From an uncultured Holophagales bacterium (GTDB lineage: Bacteria > Acidobacteriota > Thermoanaerobaculia > Multivoradales > UBA5704): a stretch of DNA of 64,000 bases. The first letter of the stretch is position 1. The number at the start of each line of letters is the position of its first letter. Under the pieces are notes generated by a model that ran no database searches, had not been told where the DNA came from, and worked only from the letters and a program-made list of their open reading frames with translations. Where the stretch lies: contig CAWJGT010000003.1 of NCBI GenBank assembly GCA_963842525.1, forward strand, positions 320,001-384,000, given 5' to 3'. This document shows, piece after piece, positions 60,457 through 64,000 of the stretch. The position numbers and the translations under genes are program-made.

Positions 60457-60708
60457 TCATGAGGGGGACCGCTCCTGGCCGGCTACGCCCAGGGCGAGGT
60501 GGGCGGGAATGCCGGTAAGGGTGACGATCTGGCGGAGGAACCGCCGCGAGGGGTGGCGGTGGCCTTGCTCCCAGCAGCTCACCGTGGAGTGCCGGACCAT
60601 CGGGTCGAGGAGGCTGCCGAGGGCTTCCTGGCTGAGGCCCCGGGCCAGGCGCCAGCTCCGCAGCCGCTCGCCAAAGGTTGGTTGGTGGACGGGGCAACTG
60701 GATGTCAT
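60457..60708 (-). CDS. Cro-like XRE HTH protein
   Basis: FGERLRSWRLARGLSQEALG..TVSCWEQG..PS. Confidence 0.82.
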   Translation of the reverse strand: MTSSCPVHQPTFGERLRSWRLARGLSQEALGSLLDPMVRHSTVSCWEQGHRHPSRRFLRQIVTLTGIPAHLALGVAGQERSPS

Positions 60709-60813
60709 GAGAAACAAGGTATGACCATTCCGGCAACAGTGTCAAGAGGGAAATTGTGTTCCCGATCATCTCAGGGGCTTGATTTTGCATCCTGCAACAT
60801 CTATGATGCCGCC
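60709..60813. promoter_or_regulatory. Divergent sigma70-like promoters giving probable leaderless transcripts
   Basis: Plus strand: TTGATT(60779)-N17-TATGAT-N6-ATG. Minus strand: TTGACA(60745)-N18-TACCTT-N7-ATG. Palindrome ttgcatcctgcaa in the plus spacer. Confidence 0.7.
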
Positions 60814-61191
60814 ATGGCTGGTACAGATCCGTTCGAAGGACTGGGAAAAGCTCTGGCCCAGCTCCGGGAGCGGGCAGGCTTTGCCACGCAGACGGAGGCG
60901 GCTGAGGCCCTGCGGTTTGACAAAGGACAGATGTCGCGATGGGAACATGACAACCCCCGCCCGACGCTGGATAATCTGGGGCGCTTGCTGGCAGGCTACG
61001 GGGCTACAGTGCAGGATCTGGCAGCCGCCCTCGGTGGCGCTGCGGAAGCCAAGGCCGTGGAGCGGAGCCCTTCCGACGAGGAGCTGCTCAGGTCACTGAC
61101 GGAGGCGATCCGCCGCGTCGAGGGGCGCCAGACCGAGACGGAGAGCCGCGTCGAGCGGCTGGAGAAGGATCTCGAGCGGGACACGGGGTAG
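60814..61191 (+). CDS. CI-like XRE HTH repressor with C-terminal coiled coil
   Basis: LRERAG..TQTEAA..QMSRWEHD..PTLDNLGRLL; no S24 peptidase domain. Confidence 0.82.
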   Translation: MAGTDPFEGLGKALAQLRERAGFATQTEAAEALRFDKGQMSRWEHDNPRPTLDNLGRLLAGYGATVQDLAAALGGAAEAKAVERSPSDEELLRSLTEAIRRVEGRQTETESRVERLEKDLERDTG

Positions 61192-61280
61192 ACCTCACCC
61201 CCCTGGCCCCCTCTCCCATCGCTCTCCCCCCTACCGGGAGAGGGGGGACGGTGTTCCAGGCTTCAGAAGCGAGATCGGGC

Positions 61281-62096
61281 TCAGAGCGGCGGATCGGAGG
61301 TGGATGGCAGTTTCGCCATTTCCTTGACCAGCTCGGCGAAGTCGTGGGAGTGCGGCTCAGTGCACAGAATGTCATAGGCCCGCTCGTAGGCAAGGCGGGC
61401 GGCTGAGAACTGCTGAAGCTCACGACATAGACGGGCGTGCAGCCACTCGGTTTTGGCAGTCAACCGCCCAGGAGGAAAGCGGCGGAAATAAGGTTCCAGA
61501 ATGGCCAACGCTGATGCTGCTGCGGTGAATCGACCGTCTGCGATCAGAGTCTCCACAAAATTGTGACCGGTCGTGGCGAGAAGTTCGATGGGCGTGCCGT
61601 GACCGAGCAGGCCGAGTGCTGAGCGGTATGCATTAAGTGCGCGTTGCCGCTCACCCCAATCGAAACAGACAAGCCCGAGAAGGTTGTAAGTGCGCGCCTC
61701 GGCGAGTGAGTCGCCGATCGTTTTATGCACCTCGATAGCGATGGTTAGAACATCCGCTGCGCTTTCGAATCTCTTCGTGTCACGATGAAGGCTGGCTGTA
61801 ATTTCGAGCAGATGAACTCTGGTCGGGAGGTCGGACGTCGGCCGTGAGGCTGCCCGTTCCAGTGCCCGCTCCGACTCCTTGTAGCGACCGGCGATGCGAA
61901 GGGCATTCCCGTATTGCGTCCAAGCAGCGACGATGAGGTCCTCTGGCAGCTCGTGACTCTTCTCTTCCGCGAGAGCAACGGCCTCGCTTGAGAGCTTGAG
62001 CATCCCGGTCAGGTCTTCATAGCGAGCTGCAAACGCTGCATCAATGAGCTCTTTCACTCTTACAGCGTTCGCAACTCGCTTGCGTTGCAAGACCAT
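61281..62096 (-). CDS. TPR-like helical repeat protein
   Basis: AWTQYGNALRIAG, EARTYNLLG, HNFVETL; AGGAAGGAG RBS. Confidence 0.75.
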   Translation of the reverse strand: MVLQRKRVANAVRVKELIDAAFAARYEDLTGMLKLSSEAVALAEEKSHELPEDLIVAAWTQYGNALRIAGRYKESERALERAASRPTSDLPTRVHLLEITASLHRDTKRFESAADVLTIAIEVHKTIGDSLAEARTYNLLGLVCFDWGERQRALNAYRSALGLLGHGTPIELLATTGHNFVETLIADGRFTAAASALAILEPYFRRFPPGRLTAKTEWLHARLCRELQQFSAARLAYERAYDILCTEPHSHDFAELVKEMAKLPSTSDPPL

Positions 62097-62156
62097 TAGC
62101 GCTCCTTCCTGCCCGGGGACTTCGGCGTAAGTATACGCGGAAGGAGCTGGCGATGT

Positions 62157-62366
62157 TCAACCCCCCGGGCAACCCCAGGGATCTATGGAGCAACCACTCT
62201 GAGTGGTCGAGCTGTCCGGCGGAGGGGGAGGAGTCGGACGTTCAACGGCGGCAGGTGCGTAGAGGCCGAACGCTGCGGCTGTGGCGCGCATGATATCGCC
62301 CCACCAACCTGAGGAGAGAGACAGTGTAACAACGAAAACAGGGACCAGACGAGAGAACATGGTCAT
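62157..62366 (-). CDS. Small putative secreted peptide ending SGCSIDPWGCPGG
   Basis: G-rich RBS, hydrophobic N-terminus, Pro-rich linker, C-terminal Cys-x6-Cys. Confidence 0.7.
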   Translation of the reverse strand: MTMFSRLVPVFVVTLSLSSGWWGDIMRATAAAFGLYAPAAVERPTPPPPPDSSTTQSGCSIDPWGCPGG

Positions 62367-62607
62367 TGGACACCCCCCTTTGGATCGGATTCGTATTTAT
62401 TGCGAACCCGGAAAATATATTACGGCAACCGGAGACCGCGTACAACGCGATCAAACTCGGTATGGTACGCCTGATTGGCGACTTGAAAAAGACTTGAGTC
62501 GGTCGTAGGCCGTGGTGGTGGCCGGGGCGAGTCCTCACCCCCTGGCCCCCTCTCCCATCGTCCAGCCGCACTTCCCCGGGAGAGGGGGGATGTAGACCAG
62601 GTCGAAG

Positions 62608-63903
62608 TCACGCACGCGCCCGTGCGAGGGTTGCGGCGACTTCGCGGGCGAGGTCGGCAGTGGCGGTTTCGCGGCGGGCGGCTTCCTGGAAGACCAGGAG
62701 GGCGGCCATGGCTTCTCGGGAGATGTCCAGGTCTCGGAAGACGGTCACCATCTCGTCGGCCAGGTCACGGACTTCGGCGGCCCTCCCCTCCCCCATGTAG
62801 GAGATCGCCAGATCCAGGCCGGCGAGGCCGGCGTCGAACGCGTTGCCGTCGTCGAGGAACTTCTGGCGGACCTCGGTCAGGAGCTCGCGGGCCCGGGCCT
62901 GATCTCCCAGCCCGGCGGCGATGCGGCCCTCTACCCAATCCAGGCGAACTCGGTCGAGAGCGCTCCCGTGGGCTGCGGCGACTGCCTTCAGCTCTGGGAG
63001 AAGGTCGGCTGCCTCGCGGTGGCGGCCAGTCCTGGAGAAGTTGTCTACCAGGTTGTGCCGGACGCAGAGAACGAGGCGCGGGTCACGCTTGGGGTCGATC
63101 AGGCCGTTCGCTTTCTTCAGGATCTGGATGGCGGGCTCCGATTCACCTGTCTCGATGAGGGCAAAAGCTTTCGAGATGAGGCTCCGGCCGGCGAGGTGTG
63201 GGTCTCGGTGCTCGGGTTGTCCATCCAGAAAGAGCGACACGGCTCGCTCAAGCAGCTCGAGGGCCTCGGGGAAGCGCCGCTGCGCCATCCGAAGCGAGGC
63301 CTTCAGATCCAGCAGGACGGGCTCGTAGCCTAGGGCGTCCTCGGAGCTCTCGGTCCCCGCCTCCCACCAGGAGTCCGACATCTCGAAGGACCGCTCGGCC
63401 GCGGGCAGGCCGCCCTGCACCCGACGCGCGTTGCCGAGCCCGGCCCAGGCAAGGCTGCGGAGCTGATAGACCCAGGGTTCCTCGAACGGTTCGCCACCAG
63501 GAATCGTGTCGGCCACATGGACGGCGAGGTCGGCAAGGTGGACGGCCTCGGCCGGCTGCTCCGGCGCGGTCTGGCAGCTTGTGCGGACCAGCAGCTCGCA
63601 GAGGCCCCAGCTTACGAAGCGCGGGTCAGCACGGAGGCGGGCCAGGCGCTCTTCCGGATCCAGGGGCGCGAGCTCCTGCAGGAGACGGGGGGCCTCGGCG
63701 CGGGACCGGGCGAGAGCAGCGTCGATCGGGCCGAAGACCTCGGGGAGGGCATTGCCCTGGTGCAGCTCGAGGAGCCAGCCGCCGACCTCTCGGCATTGGG
63801 GGCAGACGGCCAGCAGGTGGAAGAGGTGCTCGTTCTGCTCGGCTGTGCGATCCATGGCGAGCAGACGCTCCAGCGCGGTGGCATCGAGGTGCTTGTGCTC
63901 CAT
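62608..63903 (-). CDS. TPR-like helical repeat protein with N-terminal HxxxCxxC
   Basis: HLLAVCPQC, AWAGLGNARRVQG, HNLVDNF, DWVEGRI; AGGAGG RBS. Confidence 0.8.
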   Translation of the reverse strand: MEHKHLDATALERLLAMDRTAEQNEHLFHLLAVCPQCREVGGWLLELHQGNALPEVFGPIDAALARSRAEAPRLLQELAPLDPEERLARLRADPRFVSWGLCELLVRTSCQTAPEQPAEAVHLADLAVHVADTIPGGEPFEEPWVYQLRSLAWAGLGNARRVQGGLPAAERSFEMSDSWWEAGTESSEDALGYEPVLLDLKASLRMAQRRFPEALELLERAVSLFLDGQPEHRDPHLAGRSLISKAFALIETGESEPAIQILKKANGLIDPKRDPRLVLCVRHNLVDNFSRTGRHREAADLLPELKAVAAAHGSALDRVRLDWVEGRIAAGLGDQARARELLTEVRQKFLDDGNAFDAGLAGLDLAISYMGEGRAAEVRDLADEMVTVFRDLDISREAMAALLVFQEAARRETATADLAREVAATLARARA

Positions 63904-64000
63904 GCGTTCCTCCTGAGAGTTTCTTCGGCGGAGGAATAGTATCGCATGTCAGGAATCTCGGGGAGGCTGGTAACGAAAATGCGGGCCGGGATTGGAAGCC

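Larger units (their letters stand above)
56087..64000. mobile_element. Degenerate phage/satellite-like element integrated at tRNA-Pro (right end not seen)
   Basis: 11-bp direct repeat gtcgtacgaaa x2 (56176-56197) after the tRNA; xis-like, integrase fragment, DnaB/DnaC/initiator and divergent HTH pair. Confidence 0.7.

Overview
GC-rich bacterial window. Protein style (a C-terminal 'DTSAFATCP' domain, many short Cys-rich secreted ORFs) suggests Acidobacteriota/Thermoanaerobaculia; this is an inference. Many genes carry single-base indels, most simply explained as assembly error. Contents in order: end of rplQ; OPT transporter; 4-hydroxybenzoyl-CoA reductase-like hcrCAB with TetR; a 19-20 bp palindromic tandem array; a lower-GC island (ISAzo13 remnant, pentapeptide-TIR gene, and an unusual rSAM / small ORF / ATP-grasp / rSAM / atypical carbamoyltransferase / nitroreductase operon); Cys-rich secreted peptides; mgtE and corA; ECF sigma / anti-sigma / S8 protease / cupredoxins; two cardiolipin synthases. 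Then comes an attC cassette array with no IntI. Its first unit is a tyrosine recombinase + IS91-like HUH transposase ending in its own attC, and a group II intron sits in an attC on the top strand. After that: a multicopper oxidase-SCO-SCO-cytochrome c cluster, glycosyltransferases, IHF-merR-tRNA-Pro(GGG), and a decaying phage/satellite-like element with iterons, a leaderless CI/Cro-like switch and a TPR / peptide / TPR module. Two REP-like palindrome families are scattered throughout, several inside or abutting coding sequence. Best candidates for undescribed systems: the recombinase + HUH transposase 'autonomous cassette', the dual-rSAM/ATP-grasp operon, and the TPR-peptide module.
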